The notes: generated by a model not told the origin, from the sequence alone. Counted from the whole stretch's first letter, positions 39,801-53,544 are shown. The stretch is 63,665 nt of DNA, filler included, from Hyphochytrium catenoides (GCA_900088475.1; 5 parts of 5 records of this genome joined end to end with filler, not necessarily neighbours in it); one strand, 5' to 3'. Numbers and translations: made by a program.

Positions 39801-41410
39801 GTGAACTCATGAGGTTTCATGGCCGCAGTGCCTGTAACTTGCCACGCCTGAAAGTACACGCCGGCGGTGTCCCTGCAGCTTGCTGTCAGGGAATTGAATC
39901 TTGATCCCCATCTCTTTCTTCGCCGCCCTCACGCACTTGATGCCTGCACTTTGCATCCCTAAACGTTCATCGCTTTCTCTTTCCAACATATAGGCTTCAC
40001 TTCTCTCTTATTTGCAATCTCTTCTGTTGCACTACGTGAAAGAGAACACTCCACTCACCCGATCTGCAGAGTATTGCCGTCCGCCTTGCCGAGCGAGATG
40101 TCATCTCTGTAGACTTTATTCCCCGGCATCTGTGGCTCTCCCCACACACCCACGTGAGCCTTTGTGAGTGCGAGATACCTACGCCAAGGTTAAGGCACTC
40201 AGGAGAGAAGGCACGAAAATCAAGAACAGAATAAAGAAGATGCCGCAAGAGAGCTGACACAATAGGAGCAGGAAAGGATATCTTAAGGATGGTCGGTGCC
40301 GCCAACCCGAGGAAGAGAGAACTAGCTAGCAAAGAGCGGCAAACTCTGGCAGGCCTCCTTCAAGACGGTAGATCGGCAGCTGTCAATCAAGAAAACCGGA
40401 AGAGGGAGCGGACGAGCTGCGAGAAAGGGGCATAGGCAATGAATATAGCGCAAGACAGAGCTGGCGAAAGGGGTGCATTCACCACCTACAACCTTGCAAA
40501 GATTGAGGCTTCTTCCTCAGTCTTGAACCTCATTGACCAGTTCTTCCCGTCTTTGTCATAGAAGTTTATGTACCCGTTCGGCTGAAGGGTGAAAGTGAAC
40601 TGCAGGAGGAACCATAGTGATAAGCAATCTGAGATATTAACAGTGGGCAGGGGAAGAAAGCAATCGGGATAAGAACTAGAACAACTCGAAATAGATGGTA
40701 ATGAAAGCAAAGAGCAGACAGTCAAGCGAGAAAGGACCAGCAGATTCACAGTTAGGCAAGCGACCGCTAAGGAGATCAAGGACGTCACCACTCAGCGCGG
40801 ATCAGGACGCTCACCTGCCACGGAATGGGGACGGTAAGCACAGGAGTCCGTTGGATGTCATAGCAGAAGAGCTGGTAGGTAGTTGCTTGACCTAAAAGAA
40901 GAGTGAGGCTCAGAATTCGGGAAGACGGAACGCAAAGGCTGGCTGGGATCAGAGCTCAGGGACTGACTGATATTCACCGCAGAACATCGGCCAACCTGGG
41001 CAGGGCAGCGCAAGTCAGAGGATAAGTAGCGGAGTACGTCGATAAGGAATACAAAGATCAGAACAAGGAAGTCTAATGTCAAACAGAGAGTCAATGCCAA
41101 TGTTACCCATGATCACCACCCCGCACGCTTGGTCTTTGGCTGTGACGAACGTATTTTGAGTCGTATCGAATCTATAAAGGTACACTGAGGCGCTATGTAC
41201 GATGACTGCCGCTGGGGCCCCTCCTGACGCTGGCGAGGTGGCTGTCCTTGCCGCAGGGTCAGCTACTGCCGCCATGTTGGGGGCGGACCTGCGTCCTGGC
41301 TCCTTGGGAGCTTTGTAGACCAGTGGGTCGTTGCCCGCTTCTGCCCCTGCTCCCACAGGAGCGTTAGTGAAGATAGTGCTTAGATTCGCACGCGCCGTTT
41401 GCTCGCTCAT
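33861..41410 (-). CDS. FKBP15/WAFL-like protein (WH1/PH-like region, FKBP domain, coiled coil), many exons
   Basis: N-terminal NLSTIF..DPLVYKAPKEP; QPNGYINFYDKDGKNWSMRFKTEEEA; FKBP segment GDTAGVYF..VIGLEEGIVGMAKGSKRIVLIPPSL; ILNRMAKLA; long coiled-coil exons; last exon VMSNVWVSVY..*. The introns I checked are GT-AG. Confidence 0.85.
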
Positions 41411-42306
41411 AGGGCCAAGCAGCGTCGTATCCACTTTCAGTTCCCAGAGTCAGGATAAACCAGGCATTGAGAGACTCGGAGCAACGAGCGATCTCTATCT
41501 GGGGCTGCACTTATATAACTATCGATGAGGGGCAGACAGAAGCGGACCAGACTTCAACCTCCTAGAGCTTGCAAATCTTCAGAAAGCAAGAAAAGCACTT
41601 GATTATTGCAGTTCACAATCTGCAGATTGTGATCTCCCACGGCTGGCGAATATTTAAGGCTACACCATTGTGTACATATAAGAGTGATCGCTAACCCTGT
41701 GTTTCTCTTTAGCGAGAGCGACAATATCAAGAGCTTGGGTCCAGTGCAGCCTTCTGATTCTCCCACGACGACCGCGTTATCGGCAGTTCGGTCGGTTACC
41801 TGCCATCCTCAGCCTTGCTGAAGAAGACGAAGAAAAGTCTACAAAGAAAGAAAATCTCTCTCTCCCAGATCTCTTCAACAGTCTGAAGGAAGCTCTCCCG
41901 TGACCCTGGAGCCCTGAAGCTTCAGAAGCTTGGCAGCTTGGCTCCGCGGCAGAGCCGCTCGACGGTGCCCCGCGTGGAGTTGTCGCTGGCAGTGACCGAA
42001 GGGCGTGCCTATGGCTCGTAGTACTGAAGCCGTCCCAAGGACCGGATAACGACGGCTGTTGTGACCCCAAGAGTCAAACTCCATAGTGTTGCCGCTCTAT
42101 GTACCTCTTCCTCTATATCCTTGACGTCCATGCTACGCTACACTTCAGGGTGGCTAGTCAGGCATTGATTTTATAAGCAGCACTTATCGCCTACTCATGG
42201 CGGCATTCCTAGTACTTTCCCATCCGGTCCCTTCCGTCGACCCTTCTTGGATTGCCGCTATTTAGCTTTACTCTCTAGACCATAGAGGGCGAGGGGTCTC
42301 GAGAAC

Positions 42307-45300
42307 ATGGCAGACAGTAGGAGCGGCGCTCTAGCCGGAGGGTACACTTCACTGAAAGATGAGGTGGAAGAGGAGCTCCTGAAACAGGAGGAGAGGCGGT
42401 TAGGGGTACATGCAAACGAAGAGGCCACAGCGGAGAATGTGAGCGGAGATGGGAAGGAGAGACGCCCTTCGATGACCTTCCATGAGAAGCTGCTACTCTC
42501 TCCCTGGGAGAAGTGGCTGAAGTACCAGAGATTTCCTTGGAAGTTCGTCCTGCACATTCTCCTGATAATTCTTACCTGCGGCCAGATTATGGTCTCCACC
42601 TCTCTCTCCTCGTACCTTAGAGCAGCAGACAGGAACTGGTAGGCCAACAGTTCTTCGTTCGCTCTCCTTCTGCACTGCTTCACAGTACTAAGTGCGGCCA
42701 CCTTCTCCTTCTTTCTGCACTTCTCTTGGTCGAGAGGTCTTTCCTTATCTTCTCCGGCCCTTGCCTTTTCCTCAGTATCGAATTCTCGATGCGTTTCTGC
42801 GTCTTATCTCGCGATCTCGCTCTGTTTCGAACGCTCTCGCCTTCTTGGCCTGTGGTTTCAAGTACGCTATGCTTTTATAGATATGGGGGCGACGTAGGCT
42901 GACTAGTTGGCTTTTAGGTCATTCTTCTTCTTGGGCGGAGACGGATCTATTCCAGGGTAAGGCGCACGCAGTATGCTTACATATCTCTCGTTTCCTCCTA
43001 TCGCCTCTAAGTCTCCTCTACCACTAAGAATCGAACCTGGGCAATATTCTCAAGGCCGGTTGCCTTGTTGGAAAGTTGTCGTGGGCCCTGCACTCGCTTA
43101 AGCTTCGCTAAGAACTGTTCGAAGCTCGTTGTCCCTAAAACTTGTTCTTCGTGCTGGTGCTCGATTTCCTTCCAGGCGTTCGGTGCGTTATCTGTACACA
43201 GTGAATGAGAGCAGGAGCGCCATTCAGTCCTTGGTGGAGAACTACTACTCCATCAATGAGACAGCCATCGCGGGCTATGAGCACAGAGAAGACAAGAGCA
43301 CCAAGGAGATGGTAAGATGGTAAAGTGAGAGATTATTGTCTCGAAGAGAGTGTAGTGCAATTGACCGGAAAGCGGGGGCGGTGGGGTTTCGGGAACCAGC
43401 ACATCTTTCGCTTTTGTCCTCTGCCTAGAGGTTTGCCATCCACTCTTCCGGCTTTTGTTATAGCCTTGACACAATGGCTCGCGTGGGCTTTCAATCTTCG
43501 TTAAACATGTGTCTCTGCTTTCTCTAACGGTTGGTACTGCTTTCCACAGTCATTTTCATGCGGATCTGACGTCCTGTTTCTCGTTCTAACAGCCAATGCC
43601 TGTCGCATTGACAGTATGGCATTCTAAAGAAGGGTCAAAGGAAGTAGTCTCAAGCACATACAAGCTTCGACAGGTGCAAACCTCACTGGGTGAAGGAGCC
43701 ATTACTTATTCACCTTCTCACTCTAGGCCTTCCATGCAACCCTCCATCTTCCGCTTTGGTCTTCATGTCTCCCGTGAATGGTGCAAAGGACCCTAATCTA
43801 TTAAAGGATTCTGTCGCCTTTTGCTCCTGATATGATCTGGGTGAAGTCTCTGTCATCCATGTGCTCTGCTGCCCCACTTCGAGCCCATCCTGCCGTTGCC
43901 TAAGTTTATCTAATCTGCCGACCGCCGCTATTGGTACTCTGTTTGCAGAACAACCTGGGACCGTTCGCCTTCGACAGGAGTCCCGAGGAGATACTCAAGT
44001 TTCTCAGGCCAGCGCGAAGAATGACTGCTGCTGTAGCACTCAGAGACCGACGAAGGGGCCGTAAGCTTTGCTTGGACTGGCTGTTGACTATTGCCTTTGA
44101 TCTGGGTAGCAAAGGGCAGATAGGGTACGTCCATGTCTGCTATTTCTCCCTTCAATCTCTATTGTACGTGATTATATACCTACTGCCATCTTCTCTGTAT
44201 CTCATCTATCTCAGTTACGGATCACTCTCTTGGATTAGTCCATTTGTCCTCGTCTTATCACTCCTCGCACTAAAGTACCTCACTTGCTCTGGCATGTGGC
44301 AGGATGTACCTAGAGAGCTCTGAAATCAGCCGGTGTCCCGGATCTGGCTCTGTCAGAGACGATCTCTCCTCTAAACTTCTCTTGAATCTTCTCACCCTGG
44401 CTGTTGGCGGTATATACGGGGTAAGAGGTAGAAGAAAAGAAGCGAGCACGAGACAATAAGGCAGAGAGGATAACAGGCGAATGTTGAGACTGAAAGGGCA
44501 TGAACGGGCTGCCCTCTGTTGATGTATTGGCTAGAGTTCAGTGCAGAAACGTATATGGATATGGATTAAAAGGGCTGGGGTAGCTCGATTGCGTGACACG
44601 GTTCGCCTAGCAGCTGCACTAAGCGCCATACTTTTCTTCCGGCAGGCTCTAGTTCTGATGTCTCTATTGCGCTCGTTCACCCTGTAAGACATGCTGCTTA
44701 CCCTCTGGGCTCCTTATTACTTATTAGAGCACTAATACGTTCCAGTGTTCGGCTACTCTTTCACTTACGTGGGACTACTCTTTTCTTCTTTCATCGCATC
44801 GTCCTGTCATAGTTCTCTGTTCTTCAGTCTCAAACTTCCTTCCTTGTCTCTTGCCATCCAAAAGAGAACAAGGTCTTCGAATTATTTGATCTTTTTGCCT
44901 CTCTACCTCTGCTTGGTCCGTTTGCCTCATCAGTTCAGTTTACCTCGTTTTCTTTAGCTATGTTCAAGTGAGAACCCGTCACCTTGAGGACGAGAGAAGG
45001 GGGATCGTAGGAGAAGGAGAGAGAGGAGTGAATCGAATCAGATGGAGAGACCTTCCACTCAGAGTGAAGCTGAAGTTCTTCAGCGGCTGGTAAGAATAGC
45101 TCCTTCCAGTCTGCCAATTCCATTTTACGTTTTACAAGCGGCTCAACGGAAGCCAAAGGTGGCTCGCGGCATGACCTTCTTCATTATCCCTGCTTTTTTT
45201 TACTAACACTAAGAGCCACCCATGCAGGTCAATGCTGAGCATCCTAGCCACTATTCTCCTTATGATCTCCTCGGTGGCTATGTTGCATAGCTATTGGGTC

Positions 45301-47007
45301 GACTGGGTCATCCCAGACTCCCATCGCTTGATGGTCGGGCTGGTAGGAGAAACACGCTGTCACCTTCTCTAGTCGCACTAACAGTCGCCTTTCCTGCATG
45401 AATTCCGTCATCTAAGCAAAGTCTCACTCCCTTCTTGTCTAGGGCTGTGCTTTGCTCTGTGTGGGTCTGGTGGGCTACATGGAGCATAACCTCTCCTTCT
45501 ATTCTGTGGTCATCACGCTACGATTGGGCCTACCCAGGGTCCTACAATTTTTGGTAAGACGTACAGTTCCAAACAGCTAATCCTTTCTCAAAGAACTATG
45601 TTCTGGCGTTTGCGGCGGCCTTAATCCCCTATAGTTTCCTATGCCTTCAAACGCACGTACTCTATATCGCTCTCTTCCTACCGGGACCTGGAGCCAAGTT
45701 TAACTCATAGCCCTGTTTTGCCACCTTATCTCTTGGCAGGAATTCTCCTTTCCTCTCTCCAGCCCTGATACTCTTGACCTAGCCGGTGTTCTGTGTATTA
45801 TCACTCCGCCAGGTCCTTCTTATAAAGGGACATACAGCTCTCTCTAGCCTTTCCTAAGCTGCATTCACGATGGGATTGCTTTGTGCTCTCACACTGAGTC
45901 CTTCCGCGCTTGTCCTTCCGCCAGGTTGGAGTGACTCCACTCTTCTTGGGCTACTCTCTCTTTGGTGTTGCTTACTTCGGCGATGGCAGCGAGCGCTTCC
46001 GTAGTGTGAAGGTAGGCCGCGGGATCTGGGGTCCCCGATCCCTCCATCTGCTAGCTGATAGTCCCTTCATCCGCTATCCCGAATGGCAGTCGCTCTCCTC
46101 TCACTCCCTTTAAAACGCCACGGCGCTGGTCACTTCCACGTTGTGCTCTATCTTTCTTGCTAGGATGCAATGATCTTCCTCTTCGCGGTGCTTAATGGAG
46201 ATTCTATCCGCGACTCCTTTGACGAGCTGACGCCTCTCAGTCCGGTGGTGGCGCAGGTGAGATTTGACTCCAGAGGTGCACAAGTTAGTGGTGTAGGAGC
46301 CACTCTCTCCGTTCCAGCCTCTCCTCTCATCGCCTCGCTGAATTGTCCCTTCTTCACAGCCGAACAGAGGTCTATCCCTCTATTTGATCTTTCCCTACTT
46401 CTCGTAACGTCCAGACACCACGAGTATCTCCGTTTTTGCGAGTCATTAGTTCTTCAGCAATGATTACCAGTAGGCCCCACTCTGTCTCTTTGTTCTTTTT
46501 TTGGCCAAGACTACATCTCCTCAGAGAATCTGACCATTTTATATATCTTTCCTTGGCCCTTACCCCCTCAATCTCTCTCCTTCATCCGTGTTCTCTCTCT
46601 AGATCTACCTCTACTCCTTCATCAGTTTGTTCATGTACATCGTGCTAAACATGTTCATCGCCATTATGGAGGAGGCTTTCTTCGCCTCAAGAGCGTACAA
46701 GCGCACCCTGGAGAGGTTTGGAGATGAAGAAAAGCGGCCGCAGGTAAAGGACTGCGTCACTAGAAAGCACGTTTGTTTCTGGCTGCTAGTCCTGGGAAGG
46801 GAATCCTCCTTTTTGCCTTACTTCTCATCATTTACATTTCATTTCTATCTCTTGCTTCTCTTTGTGCACGTACGTACCACCTTAATGGATGGTGCCCAGA
46901 CCCCTTCCCAAAGCAGAGAAGGCTCTTCGGAGAGTCATGAAAATAACGCCAACCCAGGAGACCTTTTCCGGCAGCTGTTGCAGAAGCTTAGCAAGCCAAC
47001 CCACTGA
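42307..47007 (+). CDS. MCOLN: Mucolipin (TRPML) cation channel, multi-exon
   Basis: SPWEKWLKYQRFPWKFVLHIL, KLKFFSGW, TLRLGLPRVLQFL, pore LFAVLNGDSIRDSF and S6 IYLYSFISLFMYIVLNMFIAIMEEAF. Exons for S1-S6 can be assembled with GT-AG introns. Confidence 0.95.
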
Positions 47008-47893
47008 GCCGGCCAGCCCATGATTGTTGCTGCGTATGTATGAGCCTCAGCCCTGGCTGCAAAGGCCTCTAGTGATTAGACTTTTGGTTGCATTGAGGTG
47101 ACGAGACTCATTATTAGGGTCGACTGACGAAACTGCAGCTGCTCAGTGCAAAGTCTTCCTCCTCCTCCTCAAGTGCGATCAGAAACCAAGTGGTGGTCTA
47201 TTACACGTCAAGTCTCAGCATATGTATAAGCGTGCTCTGCTCTCTCTCTCTCCCCATCCCTCTGACGTCTGTAAACTTTAGCTGGCCTCTCGTTACCGGA
47301 GAATACATTATACCTAGTAAAGCAGCAGCCTTTCCATGCTTAGAAGTCGCCCTTGGCAGCTATATCCACTTCTGTCTCTATCCCACAGTCTGTCCTCATG
47401 TCCTCATGCTGTGAGCTTACACTTAGTTCCTTCGTGCGAGCCCCGCTAAGTTCGGAGGTCAAGGTCTTGTTCGGCAATAAATGCTCGATCTCATCAAGCT
47501 CAGAATATCAATCCAGAGTCTCTGTTCATAATCTGTTACTAAAAATAAACCTCTGACCGAAAAATAGAGTCGCTAACGGTCGGTAACTTTGCCTTGCCGT
47601 ACAATGCCCCAGAGCGGGAACACAGGTCTTACATCTGTATCACAGCCAGGTGAAAGACTAGCCGCTAACGTCTTTACAGTTGCGTTTTACTCCGTTATCG
47701 TATATATGAACGTTAGCGGCTCTATGTGGTACTTGTGTTTGATGGGGTTGGTTGGTTGGCAGCTCCCAGTCCTGCATTTATGTTAGTGGTAGACGCGCTC
47801 TGCTTTGGGGTCTGCTGATCAAAAGAATTCTCTCTCTCTCTTTCTCTCTTCCCTCTCCCTTGCTTGGCACTTCTCTTTCTACCCCACTCCTGT

Positions 47894-47927
<34 letters not shown>

Positions 47928-48315
47928 TCTCCTACATTGTTTCACTTCCTCTGCCGCTTGTCTCCATCTCTGGATGGACGTACAACTGGATCATCAGTCC
48001 TATAACGGACAAAGCAATTGCGCGGGCACTTCCCCATTCCATGCTCTCAGCATCTCAACAAGGATCCTACTAATCAGTCTCTCTCTCTCTGTCTCTCTCT
48101 TTCGGTCTCTCTTCCATATTTCTCCCTCCTCCTCCCTCTTTCCAGCTCCAATCGCCATCCTGTCATTCATTGACTCTTACCTTCTTTCTTGGTCTACCAG
48201 CTCCTTCCCCGTGAGATCACATCTTTCCCTTAAGCAGATAAGCCAGCGTCTTTGTCTCCTTGTCTATTCTCTCTCTGCTATCTTTTCCTGCTCCTGACGA
48301 TTGGATCTGGGCACG

Positions 48316-49316
48316 ATGTCGGACGCACGGAGAGAGGAGATGCGCAAGTTCTGTCAGAACCTGCAAGGGTCGAATTCCTGTTAAGTCCTTGGAGGCTTTG
48401 AGCCCTCTCTCTTTCTACTCTCTCTCTCCCCTCTCCCTCTATGCTCTCTCTCTCCTTTCTCTCTCTCTCTCTATGGAGCTTTGAGCTCTCTCTCTTTTCT
48501 CTCTCTCTCTCTCTCTGTCGTGAAGTTTATGGAGCTTTGAAGTCACTCTGTCTCTTTCTTCCTCCTCTCTCACTTGCGTCTATGTTTCTGACTCTGCGTG
48601 TCGTCTTTCTCTGTGTTCTCGCTCTAATGATATTCCTTTCTCTCCAGGTCCTCTCTATGTTTCTTCCCGACTTCAACCTTAACGGTCCCACGAAGGGCGA
48701 TAATCTGGCTCTCTCTCTGTGCGCTTCCTCCCGACTCTCCTCTCTCTCTTATCCGAACCCTTCTCTCTCTCTCTCCCCCGCCCTAACCTTTCCTCTCTCT
48801 CTCTCTCTGCAGTGCTGAATCGCTTGCAGGACTTCATGCCAAAGTTAGCAGAGGCCAATCGACAGCTAGAAGAGGCAATGAAAGAAGGAAAAGTAGAAGA
48901 TTTTCGGATAGACATGGTAGAGAGAGAGGAGAGAGAGGAAGAACCATCAATTCTCTTCAAAGAGAAGATGGAAGTTGTAGACCAAGAAGAGGAGGAAGAA
49001 GGAGAAGAAGAAGGGAAAGGAAGAATGATTGAGATGGTAAGTGTCTCTCCTAAAGTTTGGTTAAGAGCTTATCCATTCCCCTTTCCCTTTGTCTCCCTGA
49101 TGCCTTATAATCATCTCTCTCTCTTTCTCTCTCTCTCTCACACTCTCTCTCTTGTTTTCCTCTATGTAGAACTTGATGTTGGGAGAATATAGCGAGGAGG
49201 ATGAGGGCGGGCAAAGCGCGGAGGAGGAGGAAGAGATGGAAGAGCTGAAGCTGCCTACAGCGTCACGCCAGCCAGCCAGAAGAGTGAAGAAAGGGCCGCT
49301 CATTCAGGAGCTTTGA
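48316..49316 (+). CDS. NOPCHAP1/C12orf45-like (DUF4598) protein, 3 exons
   Basis: LLNRLQDFMPKLAEANRQL..FRIDMVE..MIEM|NLMLG..LIQEL*. Exons ~48316-48379 (less certain), 48813-49036, 49170-49316. Confidence 0.75.
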
Positions 49317-49776
49317 GGAGACAGCGACACGAAGACTCTCTCTTCTTAGTCAATTTCTCTCTCTCTTTCTCCCTCTCTCTTAGGCCCTGTCTGCCGCCAT
49401 CTGTAAGAAAGGACGTGGCACAGTGCGAAGTGGCTCCTTCTTTCTTCTTCCCTCAATCATGTCTCTCTTCCACGAGCGAGTGCCCTTGTCAATCGGGCCA
49501 AGAAGTGGCGGAAAGCTCCCCCAACAGAGATTTGAAAGTGAATCCTTTCCAAGCAGAAGAGAGAGAGAGAGAGAGAGAGGTATCCGGTCCTAAAAGGAAA
49601 AGATAGGAGGGAAAGAAAGAAAGAGAGGAAGGATCCAGGAGGTAAGCAATGCCAACCGCGAGCTCGCTTCTGTTGGCGATGCATCTCTCTCTCTCCCAAC
49701 GGCCCCCTCCCCTTCATACCAAACTTAGCAGAGGCCTTCTCTCTCTCTGTGTCTCTCTCTCCCTTGCTTCCCCCCT

Positions 49777-50280
49777 TCAGTTGGGGCGGAGGAGAAGCAC
49801 CGCATCGTTTAGCACATAGAAAGGATGGAAGGAGTCTCCCTGCGCGATGTAAGGCACGCGACTGACTGTCAGCACCTCGTAGCCCTAAAACATGTAACAT
49901 AGAAGAGAAAACGTCAGTCAAAAAGGAAAGAAAGTGCCTTTTGAAGTTAATTTTGGATGCAATGGGAGGAAGAGAAGAGAAGAGAGAGAGAGAGAGAGAG
50001 AGAGGGTTTTTATGAGCTGCGGGTGAGAGCAGACGCAGAGGTCGTAAGTGTTAGAGAGAGAGAGTTGTGGTAGAGAAGAGAGGAAACAGGGGTCGAAAGA
50101 GAAAGGGCGAGAGAGGAAAAAGCTTGAATACACACGAGGAGACTTAGAAAGAGAGAGAGAGAAACACGGACAGAGAGAAAGAGAGAGAGAGATCTGATGG
50201 AGCCGATGACAAAGACAGACATGCTAATGAGCAAAAAGAGACGGAGAGGAGAGAGAAGGGGAGAGAGAGAGAGAGAGGGG

Positions 50281-50327
<47 letters not shown>

Positions 50328-53173
50328 TGCAATAGGGCAGGAAGGTGTCCGTGCCTCTGGTACTATGACATTCTGTATGAGGTCCGCCAGGGCACCTTCG
50401 AAGCTGAGACAGAGATGATTCCGCCGAAGAGGCAGCGTCTCCTTGGGGCTTCTCTTGTCAACGCTGCTCAGAGAGAGAGAGTGAGAGAAAGAGAGAGAGA
50501 GAGAGTGTTTTAGTTCGGCGGAAAGAGACAGAAATGGATGAGAAAGAAGGTACAGGAGCACGTGGGGAGCTTCTCCCTCAAGAAGAAGAGAAAGCGAGAG
50601 AGAGCATGGTCGCCTTCAAACGCAGAATCCAATGTGCCGTTACTTTCCCTGTTACATATTCTCTCTCTTCTCTCTTCTCTCTTCTCTCTTCTCTCTCTCT
50701 CTCTTCCCTAGCGGTAAGCTCTCGCGGTTCTTACCCATCCTCCACGAAGCAGTCCATGGGAAGCACGACTGCCAAAAGTAAGAGGCCCTGACATCGGAAG
50801 AAGAGAAAGAGGAAGGCTTGTGAGCTTAACAGCCTATTAAATGTCTGAGAGAGAGAGAGATTAGAGAGAAAGAGAGAGAGAGAGAGAGAAGAAACAGAGC
50901 GAAAGAAGTGAGTTCGAGCACGAGAGAAACTAAACAAAAGAGAGAGAGAGAGAGAGAGAGAGGACGACTGGGACCGTAGAGAGAGAGAGAGTAAATAGGT
51001 CTACCGTGTGAGGTTCCAGGAGCTTCTTGGCATCTCTCAGAAGAGTGAGAGGCGCATCGCATCGATCGAGCACATTCAGTACACTGCCCCATTGGAGACA
51101 GAGGAGAGAGAGAGGGAGAGAGAGAGAACGAGAGAGAGAGAAAGAAGAGAGGACCAAATGAATTATCCATATTTGAGAGGATAACATGTGTTTCTCTTCT
51201 CTTTCTCTTTCTATTCGTAAGTCTCTCCTCTTATTCCTTTCTTCATAGGCTTGGCCCTGATCTCGAGGGAGATACCATCTCTCTCACCCTCTCTTTCTCT
51301 CTCTCTCTGCGTGTCTTTCTCTCTCACTTGCCTCCTTCCTCTGTTCCAATAACCTTGCCCGCTTACCTCTCAGGCTCTCTTTTCACCTCTCTTCCTCTCT
51401 CTCCCTCTCTCACCTGATGACGTCAAATGTCTCTCCCGGGGCAAACTTCTCTAAACTCAAACTGCTGGTCACAATGCATCTGAACGGGAGAGAGAGAGAG
51501 AGAGAGAGAGGGAGGGAGGAGTTGAGCTGTGGGCGATGGCAAAGAATGGGAAGAGAAAGAGAAAATTGCTCGGAGAAATAGCAGAGAGAGAGGCAGAGAG
51601 AGAGAGAAGGAGAAAGGAGAGGAGAGAGAGAGAGACAGAGAGAAAGAGAGGGACAAGAAGGCACTATTTTGAAAAGAAGCGATAAGAAAAGTGGAGGATG
51701 CCCAGGATTTATGGAAAGAAGAGATGGAGGCCAAGCAAGAACAAGAGGGAGGAAGGTGGGAAGACTGAGTGTCAGGAAAGAGAGAGGGAGAAAGGGGGAA
51801 AGAGAGAGAGAGAAAGAGAGAGAAACATGCAACAGCTTGTCTCCTTACTCGTATCCTCTCCCTCTCAGTCTTTTGGCCATAGGGAGAGACACCTCCGTGG
51901 TTGTAACTTTCTGGAAGAGAGGGGAGAGTCTGGCAGTGACGTGACCGTCTCCAGCTCCAACATCCAAGAGAGAACTCCATTTCTCTCTCTCTCTTTCCCC
52001 CGTGCCACTGAGAAGGAGAGAGACCTGCGCGGTGGACAGGACGAACATTTCTCCACCTATTCAAAGAGCGGGCGAGACAGAGAAANNNNNNNNNNNNNNN
52101 NNNNNNNNNNNNNNNNNNNNNNNNNNNNNNNNNNNNNNNNNNNNNNNNNNNNNNNNNNNNNNNNNNNNNNNNNNNNNNNNNNNNNNNNAAAGAGTGAAAG
52201 GAAGGAGAGAAACTAGTGTCGTCATCTTACATTCAGAGGCAATGTCTCTGAAGTGATTGCATAAAAGCATATGGAGGAGAACGAGAAAAGGACAGAAGGA
52301 GGGAAGGAAAGAGTCTAAGTGGGATCGGAAGAAAGAGAAAGAAGGAGAGAGAGAGAGAGAAAGAAAGAACAAAAGAAGAGAAAGAGAAAAAACGGAGAGA
52401 GAGAAGAACGAACTAGACCAAAGCGGAGAGAGTCTAGAATGAAAGCAATTGTTTAGGGGAAAGAGAGAGAGAAAGAGAGAGACACGGACGGACAGGAAGA
52501 GAGACAGAGAGTTACAGGGAAGGTGAGGGACGCGGTACGAAGAGGTGGAGAGAGAGTGTAGGAAGAATCATAGAGAAACGGTGGTCAGGAAGAGAGAGAA
52601 AGGAGAAAGAAAGGTAGAAAGAGCGTCTCTTACGCCCAACGTAACCGTTTGCATCTGTGACGGACATGAAGAGACGAAGGAAGTACGCCAGTTTATCCTT
52701 GAGAAGCGTGCCCTCTGTGCGACATCGCTGTAAATAGCAGACAGACAGAGAGAGAGAGAGNNNNNNNNNNNNNNNNNNNNNNNNNNNNNNNNNNNNNNNN
52801 NNNNNNNNNNNNNNNNNNNNNNNGGCGATCAGCAGAGCGGCAAGGTCTCTGAAACAGAGTTGAAAAGGAGAGAGACAAGACTCCGAGAGAGCAAAGAGCG
52901 AAGAGAGAGGAAGAGGAAGAGGCAGGGTGGGAAGAGATAAAAGAAGAGAGAAAGAGACAGGTCGACTCACATGAAGAGACAAGCCTGATGGCCGCCGTGA
53001 AAGAAAGAAGATGGCAGGAGCTAGACAGAGAGACAGAGGAAGAAGAGAGAGAGAGAGATAAAAAGAGAGAGAGAGGGGAGGGGGAAAGGGAGGTTAAGGT
53101 TGCACCTCTAAAAAGCGGTCTGTCTCTTCGTCTCTGTGTAACTCTAGGAATTTCTCCTGAAGCCATGTTGGCC
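49777..53173 (-). CDS. METTL9: METTL9/DREV-like protein-histidine methyltransferase, multi-exon, 5' end lost at contig end
   Basis: FMSVTDANGYVG, MFVLS, SAM motif LLDVGAGDGHVT, TEVSLPM, LNVLDRCDAPLTLL, LAVVLP and last exon SRVPYIAQGDSFHPFYVLNDAVLLLRPN*. Confidence 0.9.
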
Positions 53174-53196
53174 TGCAAAACGAACTGTTAGAAGAG

Positions 53197-53237
<41 letters not shown>

Positions 53238-53467
53238 AGCGAGAGAGCGAGAGAGAGAACACGGAAATAGGATGTAAAAGGAAGAGGGGAAAGAGGGAAG
53301 AAAGGAACTACAACGCATAAAAAGAGAGAGAGAGACAGAGCTTGAGATAGATAGTGACAAAAGACAGAGATAGACGCCGGCAGAATGAGAGTGAGGCGAA
53401 AGAAGACGTAAATAGAAATAAGTAGACAAACCATGAAAAGAGAGAAAAGAGGAAGAGAGAGAGAGAC

Positions 53468-53499
<32 letters not shown>

Positions 53500-53544
53500 A
53501 AGAAGAGAGAAAGAGAGAAGAAGAGGGATAGAGGGACATACAGG

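Larger units (their letters stand above)
47820..53544. repeat. Extended (CT)n/(GA)n microsatellite-rich domain filling introns and flanks
   Basis: Dense imperfect CT/GA runs, (AGAT)n at ~50281-50310, internal N gaps at ~52086-52188 and ~52761-52823. Confidence 0.95.

Noticed and set aside
41450-41467. In-frame upstream ATG..TGA before the FKBP15-like start, as readthrough or selenocysteine
   Set aside because: The extension has no recognisable homology and no SECIS was seen; a chance short uORF is more likely.
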